DNA of 63,722 nt, filler included, from Reticulomyxa filosa (taxonomy: Eukaryota > Protista > Foraminifera): assembly GCA_000512085.1 (NCBI GenBank). It is 17 parts of 17 records of this genome, joined end to end, with 100 filler letters (N's around TTAATTAATTAA, not from the genome) between each part and the next. Parts side by side here need not be neighbours in the genome. Positions count along the whole stretch, not along the records: positions 40,207 to 42,690 come from ASPP01008267.1; positions 42,791 to 44,309 come from ASPP01028891.1; positions 44,410 to 45,593 come from ASPP01004336.1; positions 45,694 to 50,517 come from ASPP01023925.1; positions 50,618 to 51,827 come from ASPP01005553.1; positions 51,928 to 55,015 come from ASPP01045070.1; 11 more parts are not named here. One strand, 5' to 3'. Below the pieces are notes generated by a model. It did no database searches and was not told the DNA's origin. It was given only the letters and a program-made list of their open reading frames with translations. Position numbers and translations under genes: made by a program. Shown here piece after piece: positions 40,207 to 52,842 of the stretch (positions are counted from its first letter, which is position 1; the number at the start of each line of letters is the position of its first letter).

Positions 40207-41372
40207 AAAAAAAAAAAAAAAAAAAAAAGAAAAAACATCAAGTAATCAATCGGAAGAAAAACAAGAACGACCGAAAAGGGACCCCACAGCAAATGACCCG
40301 AAAGACCGCCGGCCAGGGACGACGGGACCGTCGACGGCATTGCCAGAGGACGAAATAACTGAGTACTTCGACACGAAGATAGACCTGCTTAAGAAGGCCC
40401 GGGTGGTGGCGAGACTAATCGCATCGAGCAAACATGTTGTGGTGTACACTGGCGCAGGGATTTCCACAGCCGCACAAATCCCCGATTATCGCGGTCCGCA
40501 AGGCGTTTGGACATTGAAGGCCAAAGGCATTCAACCCAAGTTTGGCGTCGAACTCGATCAAGCCTTGCCTACTTTTAGTCATCGCGCATTGGCCCATTTC
40601 GTACACAAGCAAATCATCCACCATATCGTGTCCACCAATGTCGATGGCTTGCATTTGCGAAGTGGCCTACCGCATAAGAACCTTAGTGAATTGCATGGGA
40701 ATATTTATTTGGAGTATTGGTGTGTGTTTATTATATTTTTGTATCACATTTAAAAATTATATGCAAAATTTTTTTTTTTTTTTGAATGGCTCCCCCCCCC
40801 TTTTCTATTATGTGACAGCACCAAATGTGGAACGGAATACCTGCGTCCGTTTGATATCACAAAGCTTCGCCATAAGTTTGTCTCTGTGATTTTTTGTTTT
40901 GATTCATGCAAACTCCTATCATATACCCAAAAATGAATAATAAAATAATAACAGAAAAGGAATACGAGGACGCTTCACTGGACGACTATGTGAGGACTCA
41001 TCGTGCAATGGTAAATTAAGAGACAGTATTATCAACTTTGGTGAAGACTTGCCCGAAAACGAATTGAAGACATCTCTCAAAGAATCACAGACAGCAGATT
41101 TGGTCATTGTGATCGGGTCTTCCATGCGTGTCTCACCTGCCTGCAACATGCCCTCTCTGTCTTACAACAAACATGGTGTTTTTGTGCTCATTAATCTGCA
41201 AAAAACACGATTTGATGAGGCCAGCCATGTGCGGGTGTTCTCCAAATGTGATGAATTTATGAAAATGGTTTGTGACGAAATGAACATTGAAATTCCTGAA
41301 TTTTCAGAAGAGGATATGGCTGAACAAGTGGAAAAGGACTGCAAAAAAATTGTTGTTGACTCTGACTTTTGA
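40207..41372 (+). CDS. NAD-dependent deacylase, class IV sirtuin (SIRT6/7-like), 5' partial; introns 40720-40818 and 40876-40954
   Basis: VYTGAGISTAAQIPDYRGPQGVWT, STNVDGLHLRSG, LSELHGN, Zn cysteines C|TKC and TGRLC..C, LRDSIINFGEDLP, IGSSMRVSPA, INLQKT. Confidence 0.93.
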
Positions 41373-41386
41373 AGTCCCTTTTTCTA

Positions 41387-42176
41387 TTAGGGAAAAAAAA
41401 ATTGCAAAGATTTACCTCGATCATAACTTTTTTTTTTTTTTTGGAGAGAGGAAAGACAACTCTTGATATTATCGTTTAATCGCGATAGTTCGCAAAAATA
41501 AGTCGTATTGGTATTATATTCTTCTAGTAATCGTTTTTCATGAAGCCGTCCCCCAGAATTATTCTCGTCATTGTGACTTAGTATCCAATTCTCTGCTCTT
41601 CCTCCATAGAGGCAATTGGCTTTGTGTATTTTTCCTTGTATTTCATATATTCTTTGACGGTAGAGCGACCCGCCGTCACTTACCACCGATTCTTCATTTA
41701 ATATTGAGCAAATGATGAGAACAAAACAATTATTACAAAACATGTATGAAATGCACACCTGCAATGTCTTGTAAATATCTAAAATAAAACAAGTGAACTG
41801 TAGAATTAACATCGAATATTTTTTCGAAGCGGTCTAGAATGCCTTTGACTGATCGAAGTGTAGACAATATGGAGTCTTTTTCCTCATCTTTTTTGCTAAA
41901 CAAAAGTAACCAAATTTTTCCAATTGCAAATATCGAATAAGGATAAGATTTTATTACACTTTTAATTGCTTCAAGTAAGTCCTTATTTTGAGAAAACAGT
42001 TTATTATTTCCTTTACTTCGCTCAAACATCTTCACCAGCCAAAAACGATTGCCCTCGTCTAGTATAAAACCTTGGTGGAATTTGCTTATTAATGGTACAA
42101 TCACAAATACGTCAGACCAAGGTAAAAAGTCGGCGACACAACGAAACAAGAGACTGCGATTCAATACAATTTCCAT
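41387..42176 (-). CDS. Hypothetical protein with possible F-box-like N-terminus
   Basis: MEIVLNRSLLFRCVADFLPWSDVFVIVPLISKF..FW. Two overlapping ORFs imply an intron or frameshift. It converges on the sirtuin. Confidence 0.45.
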
Positions 42177-42652
42177 TATATTTTATAATATTTTATTGTC
42201 CTTTTTTAAGGTGAGGAAGCGTCCCTTTTAGCTCTGTCTTTTGCTTTGTAAACAAAAAAATACGGTGCTTCAAAGTGTGTTTTCGATGTTCCTCTGTTTG
42301 GAATTGCGAATTGAACTTGATTTTCAAAAATACCATGCTTATGAAAAAAAAAGTATTTGAATCTTTTTCAACAAAACTCGATTTCTTGATTTTCTTCCCA
42401 CAACACTGAAAAGAACACAGTCACCATTAAATGTTGAAAAAGCAGAACAAATAAGGACAGGGAAAAACAAATATTAATAAGTGATGACAAAAGCGGCTGT
42501 CTATGCTAATTTTTTATATTATTTCAGATTTTCAAAACTGATCAAGCATATATTAAAAAAAAAGAGCCAAATCAAGTTGAAAAGAAATAAACAACAATGC
42601 ACAAAAATAGGCCCTTGCATAGAACCAAATAATAAAAAAAAGGATTTGTTTG

Positions 42653-42690
<38 letters not shown>

Positions 42691-42790
42691 NNNNNNNNNN
42701 NNNNNNNNNNNNNNNNNNNNNNNNNNNNNNNNNNTTAATTAATTAANNNNNNNNNNNNNNNNNNNNNNNNNNNNNNNNNNNNNNNNNNNN

Positions 42791-44309
42791 TATTGTTATT
42801 GTTATTGTTATTGCTATTGTTATTGCTATTGTCATTGCTATTGTCATTGCTATTACCATTTCCAGCATAACTGGAGTGATGATCACGAGGATCCGGCTTG
42901 GGCATGGGGGATTTGAGTTTTTCGGCAAATATGTGTTGCTTGACTTTCAAGCGAGCGACGCGATCTTTTTTCCTGGCGGTTTCAAACTGCCAAGCAAAGA
43001 AGTGGCGAATGTGATGAACAATCTGGCGCAAGTCCATGGTATTGTGATCGCACTTATCCAGGATCTGCAAGTCGGTGACAATGTCGAATGGCTTGGCTGT
43101 GGAGCACTCTGGAGTGATCGCACGGGATGATGCTATCGTTGCTTCCGTGGATAATCAACAACGGTCCATGGATTTGTCCAATGCGTTCCAGGTTGTCAAA
43201 CCGGTCTGACAACAGATAGCTCGCCCACGTACCGATCTTGTCCGACACTACTTTGGAAATGCTCGAAAACGGGCACACTAACACGAGCAGCGAGTACTTG
43301 GGCGTGCAGTTGCTGTCGACACAGCACTTTAATGACGGAATCAAGTCATGCGCACGCGCGAGTTCCAACAAGTCCTCCTTGTTGCTGTTCTTCGGAATCT
43401 CCACGTCGGCTTTGTTCAGCATGCTAAGCAACTGTCGCAACGGCAACTTCGAAAAGGGGTCGTTCGAGTTCGGGTTCGAGTTTGAACTTGAGTTTGAACT
43501 TACACTTGAACGTTTCCTCTCCATTTCCAAAAGCAGTCCCTGTTTCTTGTTCTTGTCAATACTGTCGAGAACATTGTCAGGAAAGCATGATATCGAATCC
43601 ATCAAAGTGTTGCCATTGGGTGCAAAGTTACTAGTTGTTTTAGTCAATGGTTTAATTTTATTATTATTATTATTATTATTATTAATATCATCTCCCTCCT
43701 CTTCTTTGCAATCACTTTCATCTTTCTTATCATTATCATTCTTATCATTCTTCTCATTCTTCTCACCATTATCATCGTCGTCATCGTCGTCACTTTCGTA
43801 TTCGTACTCATACTCGTGCCGTCGTTTGCCATATGTGATCCCGTTAGCAACGTCTTGGACTTGTGTGCTTGTAATCTTGCTCATAGCGCCCAGTGCGGCG
43901 GCGCTGCCGATAGAAAAGCCATACACGATGACGCGCTGCGTGGACACACACAATCCCAACGGACTGATGACAAACTCGTACACGCTCAACACCGTTTCGA
44001 TCACTGAGTTTTCGTTGGGGAAACCCTTTGCGATTCCGTACCCTGGGTACTCGGGCGCTATTATGTTCACTGGCAGCTTCGTTCGCAAGTAATCCAATAT
44101 TGGATACACCTTCCCCAAATCCTCCGCGTTCCCGTGACAGTACAACAACACATGCGTCGGATCACTCAGCTTGCATTTCCTTTGGAGGTACAGGCATGGG
44201 ATACTGTCCTCGTCGCAATAGATTTTATCTTTTTCCATTTTGTTGGTTGTATTTGTTACCGTTGCTGTTGCTGTTGCTGTTGTTGTTGTTGTTGTTGCTA
44301 TTGCTGTTG
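42791..44309 (-). CDS. ABHD17-like alpha/beta hydrolase with a large insertion; apparent frameshift near 43100
   Basis: LLYCHGNAEDLG, EYPGYG, YGFSIGS nucleophile elbow, LVCPFSSI, IIHGSNDSIIP (Asp). The catalytic His (DKCDHN) lies in another frame. Confidence 0.88.
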
Positions 44310-44409
44310 NNNNNNNNNNNNNNNNNNNNNNNNNNNNNNNNNNNNNNNNNNNNTTAATTAATTAANNNNNNNNNNNNNNNNNNNNNNNNNNNNNNNNNNN
44401 NNNNNNNNN

Positions 44410-45475
44410 CCATGATAAACATGCAAAACTCAACAATAATAAAATAGTCGACTTTGTCAAAGACAAACGCGGACGCAAAACGAAAGCTCCGAAAAATACA
44501 CATGGAAATATCGACTCCAAACTTATTCGTCTCATCAATCTTCGGGCGGACAACTGCATGACTCGCAACATGTGCAAACCATTCGCGCCAACTACTTGGC
44601 CAAACTGTCTCAACCTTTGCCATTGAAACTGGACAACTCCACCGACTTGTACGGATACTGCTTCACCATCTCCACCAATGCCTTCAGGCGCCACTATTCC
44701 TACGATCTTCACACTTTTTGTCGCAAATTCGGCTTCACCTTGTTGTTTTCCACCAAATCCCTTTTCAGAGTTACTTGTCCAGAATTGCAACAAGCTCAAA
44801 TTCAGTTTTGTTTTGTCAACTTTTTTTTTCAAAAAAAAAAAAACAAAAACAAAACAAAAATGAACTTTATTTTTTTTTTGGGAGGGGACGCCCCATGCAT
44901 GTGCTAATGATGACTCCCCTCCCGTGACGGGAAAAGATATAACACAGCAAGTGAAGAAATAAAAAAGAGGGAATATGAATTCCGCAAGAATTTGACAAAG
45001 GAATTACGAATGTGTATAGAAGATTTGCACGAGATAAGTGCCACGCTTGCGGAGCTGGATGTGTACAGTTCATATGCGCAATTGTCGTTAGACCGTCATT
45101 ACACTCGTCCTCAAGTGTTGGACGGAACGGATGACAGCACGTGCAATGTGTTGAGCATTCAAAATGCAAGACATCCAATGGTAGAAATGGGCAGTTCATT
45201 TTCGCTGACGTCGTTTGTGCCCAATGACTGTATCATGGACAATTCCAAACGAACTTTTATCATCACCGGTGCAAACATGTCTGGAAAGTCCACTTACATC
45301 CGTACAACCGCTCTGCTCGTCATTATGGCACAAGCCGGACTCTACGTCCCTGCCACTGAAATGACCACCAGCATTGTCGATCAGTTGTTTTCACGAGTCG
45401 GGAGCACTGACCAAATTGTGAAAGATCAAAGCTCGTTTATGGTGGAAATGAACGAGTGTTCATACATTCTCAAGT
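44410..45475 (+). CDS. MutS-family mismatch repair ATPase, internal fragment (possibly MSH1-like)
   Basis: LAELDVYSSYA, ARHPMVE, FVPND, IITGANMSGKSTYIR (Walker A), AQAGLYVPA, IVDQLFSRVG, SSFMVEM. The upstream exon 44470-44803 is clamp-like. Confidence 0.9.
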
Positions 45476-46524
45476 TGATTTTTTTTTTTTTTTTTAATTT
45501 AAATAAATATATTACATAAACATATATACATCTATATGTATATATGTACATATGTATATATGTGTATATGTATACGTATATATATATACATATNNNNNNN
45601 NNNNNNNNNNNNNNNNNNNNNNNNNNNNNNNNNNNNNTTAATTAATTAANNNNNNNNNNNNNNNNNNNNNNNNNNNNNNNNNNNNNNNNNNNNGTGCCGT
45701 TTTAGGTGTCAACTTTACTTTGCATTCTACTGTATTACTATGTAACATCTTCATATTATTCAACAACTCCTACATTGTGGATCAAAGTTATTTTATATTA
45801 CTTTGTATTTATGTTGATATTACAGTTGCTGTTGTTGATATTATTACAATTTATGCTTATCATTCATACGATTTGGTAAACTCATTGTTCGCAGTTTACA
45901 GTGATTGTTTATTGTCGTTTTTGGAATAATGTACTGTACATCTCTTGTGATCCATTGACTTCTACATTGATATTACACCTGTGTCTCCTAGGTCATTACT
46001 ACAGACCTCGTTAGTTATTTTCACCTTCATGTTGAAGTCAATGCTTTTTGCTCCCAGCTCGCCCTAATTCGTTCATATATGTTGATACACGATACTTTCA
46101 ACAACCACTGTGCTCGTTCCAGTGCGCTACTCTTAAGTTGTCAGCTTCCTTACGCCAGGCTGTGTTTGCTTAATGTAGTTCGATATACTTTGGGTACTGC
46201 TACTATTTCTATTACCGTTACTACTATTGTTATTGCCAGCATTCCCAGAAGAGTTTGGCCAATTAGGTTACCTCGTTCATTCGAAATTTAAAGAACTTGA
46301 CGACCCGTTGCTAGAAGATTTGCACGAGGAAAATCTTTGAGATCGATCTGACTCAAGGTAAACAAATAAACATAAAAAAAAGGATCTTGCTAATTTTGCA
46401 AGTAAGCTAAAAAACAAAAATTAATTCGGTTGGGATTATTTCAAGCCAGGGACAGTTTTTTACAAAATTTGTATCGGAAATATATCAATAACAAAATTAT
46501 TGAAATTGTAATAATAACAAACTA

Positions 46525-47369
46525 ATGAATTCTAATAAGCGACAGATTATAACCGGCGTTGGGGCAGCCTTGGCAAGTGCAGTAGTATTGTCTCAGTTTG
46601 CAAAGACCGAGTACAAAGCGTATCATTTGCGGAAGAAGTTTGAGCCTTCCAACGTGTTGTCCCAAGTTCGAATACTGCCAGATCTCTTGTATTATCAATG
46701 TTTCATAAGAGTGTACCGTCCTGTCGGAGAGGTGGCATCACCGAAGCCGAAAGCGAAAGCAAAAGGGAACGCCCAAGCGAAGAAAGATGAGTTGGCGAAG
46801 AGTAAGGACCTTTTAGCACAATCTCCGTCCTTGGCCAACGTAATCGCAGAGCAAAACGAGAGCAATCAGCTCTTCAAGCAAACCCTCGCCGAGGAAGCAA
46901 GTCGTCCGCAGCAAATTATGGAAGTGGATAGTGATGGTGAAGTCGAAGATCAGAGTCAATTTACCAAACTGAGTTTGTTTTTCAAACTTTTTTTTTTTTT
47001 TCCAAAAAAAAAAAGGGGGGGAGGGGAAGACAAAAAAAAAAAAATTTTTTTTTTTTTTTTAAGTTTAAGTTTACTAACAAACAAACAAACAAACAAACAA
47101 ACAAATAAAAAAGTGCAACAAGGGAGTGCGGCAGTGGATGCATTGACGTCACTGATTCGCAAGTCGACATCGACAACAAAGGCGAAAATCACAACAAACT
47201 TTCCAAAGGAATTGGAGGATTATTTGCTGACGAATATCGAGGGATTCATCGCGAAAGACTTTGAGCAGCAAACGATAAAGCACAGCAAATTGGACAAAAA
47301 AATCCAGTCAATTGAAGAAGAAATTATGATGCTAAGTTGGAGTGACAATACCAATGCTAATACTAATAC

Positions 47370-47423
<54 letters not shown>

Positions 47424-48615
47424 TACCAACGCAAGTGTTGATACCAATGTGAACACTGCCGAAAACGAAAAGAAGAAAAAACAATGGACCGAAAAGCTAA
47501 AGGCGCAGCTGCAACTCGCCGATGCCATCAAACGAAAGAAAAAAAACACGTTTGGAATGTTTGATGAAAAGTGCGAGCGCTGGGAATACATTTGCGTATA
47601 CGTCCATCACGAACTGCTTATCCTAAGATTGCACAGTAATCTTTGGGTGCAAATCCCTCTCGAAAAGCTCGCCATTTCCTATTTGCATAATATCAACCAA
47701 TTCCAACATCTCATTCCTGATTTTCAAGTTTGATTATATAAATTTATTTATTTGTTTATTTATTGGTAGTGTAATGAACTTATGTGTATATCTTCCCCCC
47801 CCCCCCCCCCCTTTTTTTTTTTTTTGGATGTTAAAACTGAGATTGATACATTGAAGTGAGTTATACATCCCCTTTCCCTCTTCTAATGGACCACAACATA
47901 AAAAAAAAAATGAAACACGACAGACGTATTTCACGATTTACGACAATTACGGGAATGCATTGTTGTGTCAGTATTTGAAGCATAAAAAATTTGAAGTTGA
48001 GACACGGACAAATATTGTATCTTTTGTGTGCGTGATTCATATATACGTTGTGCAGAAAACATAACCGATTAAATGAGCAAAATGCAAATGCTACACACAC
48101 ACACACACACACACATACACACAAACACATATGAAATAGGAAAATTTGCCGACCAGAGTGCATATTCCCTTAGGATATAGCAACAGCTGCCCATTGCTGT
48201 TTTTACGAGATTACGTGTTGGAAGGATACGAGAGCAGCTATCGCGCCAATCGCCATCGATCGACCATTCGCGAAATTGTGTCGCAAGTGGGCAACGCCGT
48301 AAAGGTGGAAGGCTTTTGCAACCCTGCATGTTTGCAACATGCCAAGCAGGTCCAAACCGCTTTGAATCGACTGTTGCAAAAAAAGTACAAACATTTCCTC
48401 ATTCAAGATGATGTCGATACCGTTATTCGCGACAATGATGAAAAAAAAATTGATGACGATTTTGTTATTCTTGATTCAAAAAATGATCTTTCTGTTTTGT
48501 GGCAATCAAATCAATACAAATATATTTATATATTTGTTGTATACTTATTTATGTTTTTTTTTTATTTGTTCATTTGAAAATTAGTCTGCCATGTTATATA
48601 AGTAATAAATAATTT

Positions 48616-48646
<31 letters not shown>

Positions 48647-49002
48647 GGACTCGATGCTCCAAGAAAGCGTGGAGTCATGCTTGACGGAGGAAAGCTTTTG
48701 GCCGACGCCGATAATGGATACGTCGCCGATGACTCGGGACGAGGTGTTGAACGCGTACATAACGATGAATCGCCAAGGGAAAACATGGAACGAAAAAGAG
48801 AGTCAGAAGAAGATGACCAAAGATCAATGGAACATTTGCGAGGAGGCCAGCTGGCTTTCCCATTTCGTGTACTCGCTGAAGCCGTTGTGCGCAGAAATCA
48901 ACGGCCATCACAATCATAACCCCAAACACAGTAGCGGCATTATCCACGTCAACAACGAGTTTGATAAGGCAGAAAACTTGATCGACGACGATAATAACAA
49001 TG

Positions 49003-49045
<43 letters not shown>

Positions 49046-50423
49046 CAATAATAATAACAATAATAATAATAATACAAATGTCAAAGAACTTGTAGCCTCC
49101 GTGCTTCAAGGGAACAACAACTCTTCAACAAAGTCAGGGATTTGGTCGTCATTATTTACGGACAGTAAAAAAACGGCAGACGAAGACTCCAAAACGAACT
49201 CGAAAAAGACTCCGGAAGATTACTTTAATGAGCTGAGTCGACTGCTGCATGACAATGGGTACCAATTGCTGGAATATGCATGCACACAGCGAGGACAGTC
49301 GCTGACGTGGCTGCTGGTGCGAAGCTACGACCACTGGGGCCATCTCTTTTTGGTGTTCAAAGGCACGAGTCATCCCATCGACGCGCTCATCAGTGCGGGT
49401 ATGCACCCGTTGAAAGTGAGCACCTTGGACTGCAGCGTGTTTAGTGGCATGTACGCCGCCTTGCAAATGAGTACGGTGCAAATCGTCAAAAGGCTTGAGC
49501 ATTATGCCAATGAAGCGTATTGGAGCGAGGTCTCCTTCCCCTTGCAAAATCCGCAGTCTTACAACGACAAACTCAGATACGAGTTTCGGCAAGGCAATGG
49601 TTTACGTGATTCGTCCCTTAGTGATATGGACGTTGACCCCATCAATGAAAGTCACAAACGTGGAACTAAAATTACTAACTTAGTGATTGCAGGTATAAAT
49701 AAATACATACATAAATAAATATAAATATAAATATATATATACATATATTTATATATATATATATATTTATGTTTATATTTATATTTATATTTTGTCATTA
49801 CATTGAATATATTAGGACATTCACTCGGAGGTGGTTATGCTGCATTAATGTTGGCAAATCTGTTATCTGGCGACGTAAAAAAATGCTTTGAAAACATTGA
49901 GGCGATAACGTTTGGCGCCCCTTTGGTGTTTTGTAATGATTTGACGAAATCGTTTTTGTACAAAGAAATTGAGGAACGATGCATAAACTTTGTGTATCAG
50001 TTTGACTTAATTCCGCGATTGCAAAATGCACTAACCAGCAAAAATCGACGACGCATTTTGCACAGTTTGGTCATGAAAGAGCTGTCATTGGTTGGCATTG
50101 TGGTCGATATTGCAACAACAGTTCAATGGGCTATCAACAAGTTTGAAGAAAATCAATGGCTGTTGGATCAATACAAAGTCTTTGGACAGTGTATCCTGTT
50201 ATTCGATTCCCATCTTCCAATGAGAACGGATAATTTCTCCAACACCAAATGCTATGTCCGTTTGTGTCAGAGTTTACATCTATATTGGAATGGAACCGAA
50301 CTATTGTCTGAAATTCAACCGGATGACAATGATGACCAAGTTCCGTTGGAAGCCCAAGAAATTTTGAGAGATCACAAAATGTTACATTATGCTACCAAAA
50401 TTATGTTTCAATGTAACAAATAA
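46525..50423 (+). CDS. Class-3 lipase-domain protein with long N-terminal region and poly-Asn tracts; multi-exon
   Basis: FLVFKGT, VFSGMY, VIAG|HSLGGGYA (GxSxG split by an intron at ~49693-49816), ITFGAP, NFVYQFDLIPRL, DHKMLHY. Hydrophobic N-terminus. Linkage of the first exons to the lipase part is inferred. Confidence 0.8.
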
Positions 50424-50704
50424 ATTGTCAATTACTGATTGTAGACTCTATTATGTCCTGTTATAATTAGTATTCTACTCCCAACGCTAATAATTAAACT
50501 CTTTTTTTTTTGTTATCNNNNNNNNNNNNNNNNNNNNNNNNNNNNNNNNNNNNNNNNNNNNTTAATTAATTAANNNNNNNNNNNNNNNNNNNNNNNNNNN
50601 NNNNNNNNNNNNNNNNNCACCGTCAAAACGGAAAATTTTCCGGTTCGCACAGTACTAGCCGTGTTTTACACTGGCAGCCTGTTCATGAAACCGGGCGATT
50701 TACC

Positions 50705-51349
50705 GTGCCTCATACCCCTGTTAACTGGTTGTTTGACCTCGACGACACCCTGCATCACGCCGGTGCGGCGGTGTTTCCGATGATCAATGAATGCATGACG
50801 CGCTATATCAGCCACCATGTCGGCGTGAGTCGTACCGAAGCGGACTGGATGCGAACGCACTACTGGGAACGCTATGGTGCGACGCTGGAAGGGCTGAGCC
50901 GGCATCACCACATTCAGCCGGCGCACTTTCTGCGGCATACCCATCCGATGGCAACGCTGCTACCACTGATTGAAACGTCGAACACCCTACCTGACCTGCT
51001 AAGACAGTTACCCGGGCGCAAATGGGTGTTTTCCAACGGCCCGCAACATTATGTGGAGGCGATTGTGCGCCACTTGGGCATCGCGCATCAGATCGAGCGC
51101 AGCTTCGGCATGGATAGCTTCGGCCTGACGCCCAAGCCGAGGCTAGCGGCGTACCGCAGTGTGCTGCGACAGGCCGGGCTGGCTGCCGGCGACTGCATCA
51201 TGGTGGAGGATTCGGTGCAGAACCTGCGAACGGCCAAACGTTTGGGGATGCGCACGGTGTGGCTCAGCCGCAGCTACCGCAAACCTGTGTGGGTAGACTG
51301 GCGCGTAAGCAGCCTGGGTGAGTTACGGCGCCTTGCGTTGCTGCCATAG
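50705..51349 (+). CDS. Bacterial HAD-superfamily pyrimidine 5'-nucleotidase
   Basis: WLFDLDDTLH (motif I), YGATL, FSNGP (II), PKP (III), MVEDSVQNL (IV). GTG start, GC-rich codons, no introns. Confidence 0.9.
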   Translation: MPHTPVNWLFDLDDTLHHAGAAVFPMINECMTRYISHHVGVSRTEADWMRTHYWERYGATLEGLSRHHHIQPAHFLRHTHPMATLLPLIETSNTLPDLLRQLPGRKWVFSNGPQHYVEAIVRHLGIAHQIERSFGMDSFGLTPKPRLAAYRSVLRQAGLAAGDCIMVEDSVQNLRTAKRLGMRTVWLSRSYRKPVWVDWRVSSLGELRRLALLP

Positions 51350-51827
51350 CGACAGCAACAGACAGAGCAGCGCCGCGGCCGGCCACAAATCAGACAGGAA
51401 GTCCAGCAGGGCACTCATATTCAGCAGATGGCCATACGGCCAACGGAACAGCGACAGCACGTCGGATTGCACTTCGCTGAGTGGCCATAGCGAAGCAGCC
51501 GCCTGTACCAATACCAGCGCCAGCATGGCGATCAGCGTCTGGATCAGTCTGGATAGTCCTGCCACCCACCAAGCCAGCAAGAAGCCGGCGGCCAGGCCGG
51601 TAATCAGGTGGGGGTTGACCCACTGGAACAGGGCAAACGGTTTTAGCAGCACACCCGCGGCCAACATCTTGCACAGCCATACCGTCAGCAGCAGCAATAT
51701 GATGCCGCGAAAGCGGTCTGCCCGTTGCTTGAGCATACTGGTCAGGAACAAGCAGGTAGCCAGCAGGCTGGCCATCGCCCCGCCTGCTTCCAGCAAGAAG
51801 AGGAACAGCCTGGGGTTTTCCAGTGGC
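51323..51827 (-). CDS. Bacterial multi-pass membrane protein, 5' partial (resembles C-terminal part of VanZ-family proteins)
   Basis: Several hydrophobic helices ending YGHLLNMSALLDFLSDLWP. The 3' end overlaps the HAD gene by 27 bp. Confidence 0.65.
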
Positions 51828-51975
51828 NNNNNNNNNNNNNNNNNNNNNNNNNNNNNNNNNNNNNNNNNNNNTTAATTAATTAANNNNNNNNNNNNNNNNN
51901 NNNNNNNNNNNNNNNNNNNNNNNNNNNTTTTTTTTTTTAAAAAAAAATTAATAAATGAAAAATGAATGAAAACTA

Positions 51976-52806
51976 AACTTCCCACGATTGCTTCAGTTTG
52001 CGAATATCGGCACTGTTCAAAGCGCCATGACAAGCGCAAAAGCTACTAAAGTTGCGACTTTTCTGCAGCGACCTCATCATGGTAATAATTTTCTTGATAA
52101 TGTTGGCTCGCTCTTTAGGGGTCTTGCCGCTCAAAACAGTGAGCTGAACCCATTTGGAAACGCTGTTGAACTGAGCGATCATGCGCAGGACATTAGCGGC
52201 CAATCTCCACTTTTCTTTGCCCTTTTTTTTCCACGACTGGCCAATGCACTCTCTCGCCTTGATTTGTTTGAACAGCGTAAAGTCCATCAGCGTCAGTTGC
52301 TGCGCAATGTCGTCCGGGTCCAGCAGCATCAACTTCATGCCGTCCGGGATTACTAACGTGCAATTTCTGATCTGCGGCCAGCGCAGTTCCACTTGATCTC
52401 GCCGAAACTTTTCCTCATCGTCTTTATCAGTAGTACCATTATCATTCGTGTTGTCATAATCGTCCATAAAGATCTCGTTGCCATTCTCTTGTTGTTCGGC
52501 CTTCATCAATGCAATGGCTCCTTGCAAGGCCACGTCCAACGTCTCCTTAAGCGGCTGTGCTTTTTGCTGCTCACACGTTTGCTCAATGTCTTGCTTTAGT
52601 CTTTCGATTTCCTCTTGCAGCTCTTTGTTATGCGCAAAGTCCTCCACCCAATAGTGCTTCATCCAAAATCGCACCACATTGCATACGCGCACGCGCACCA
52701 ACCAATCTTTTGATTGCTTGTCATCTTCGTTACTCGCGTCTGGTGATTGCAGCTGTTGTAGTGTATCTCCTTCTCGAAATTGGCAACGCAATTGTTTTAT
52801 CAATGA

Positions 52807-52842
<36 letters not shown>

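Noticed and set aside
43238-44092. Long antisense ORFs (also 128-481, 6156-6677, 9521-10114, 51318-51875)
   Set aside because: Shadows of real genes on the opposite strand.
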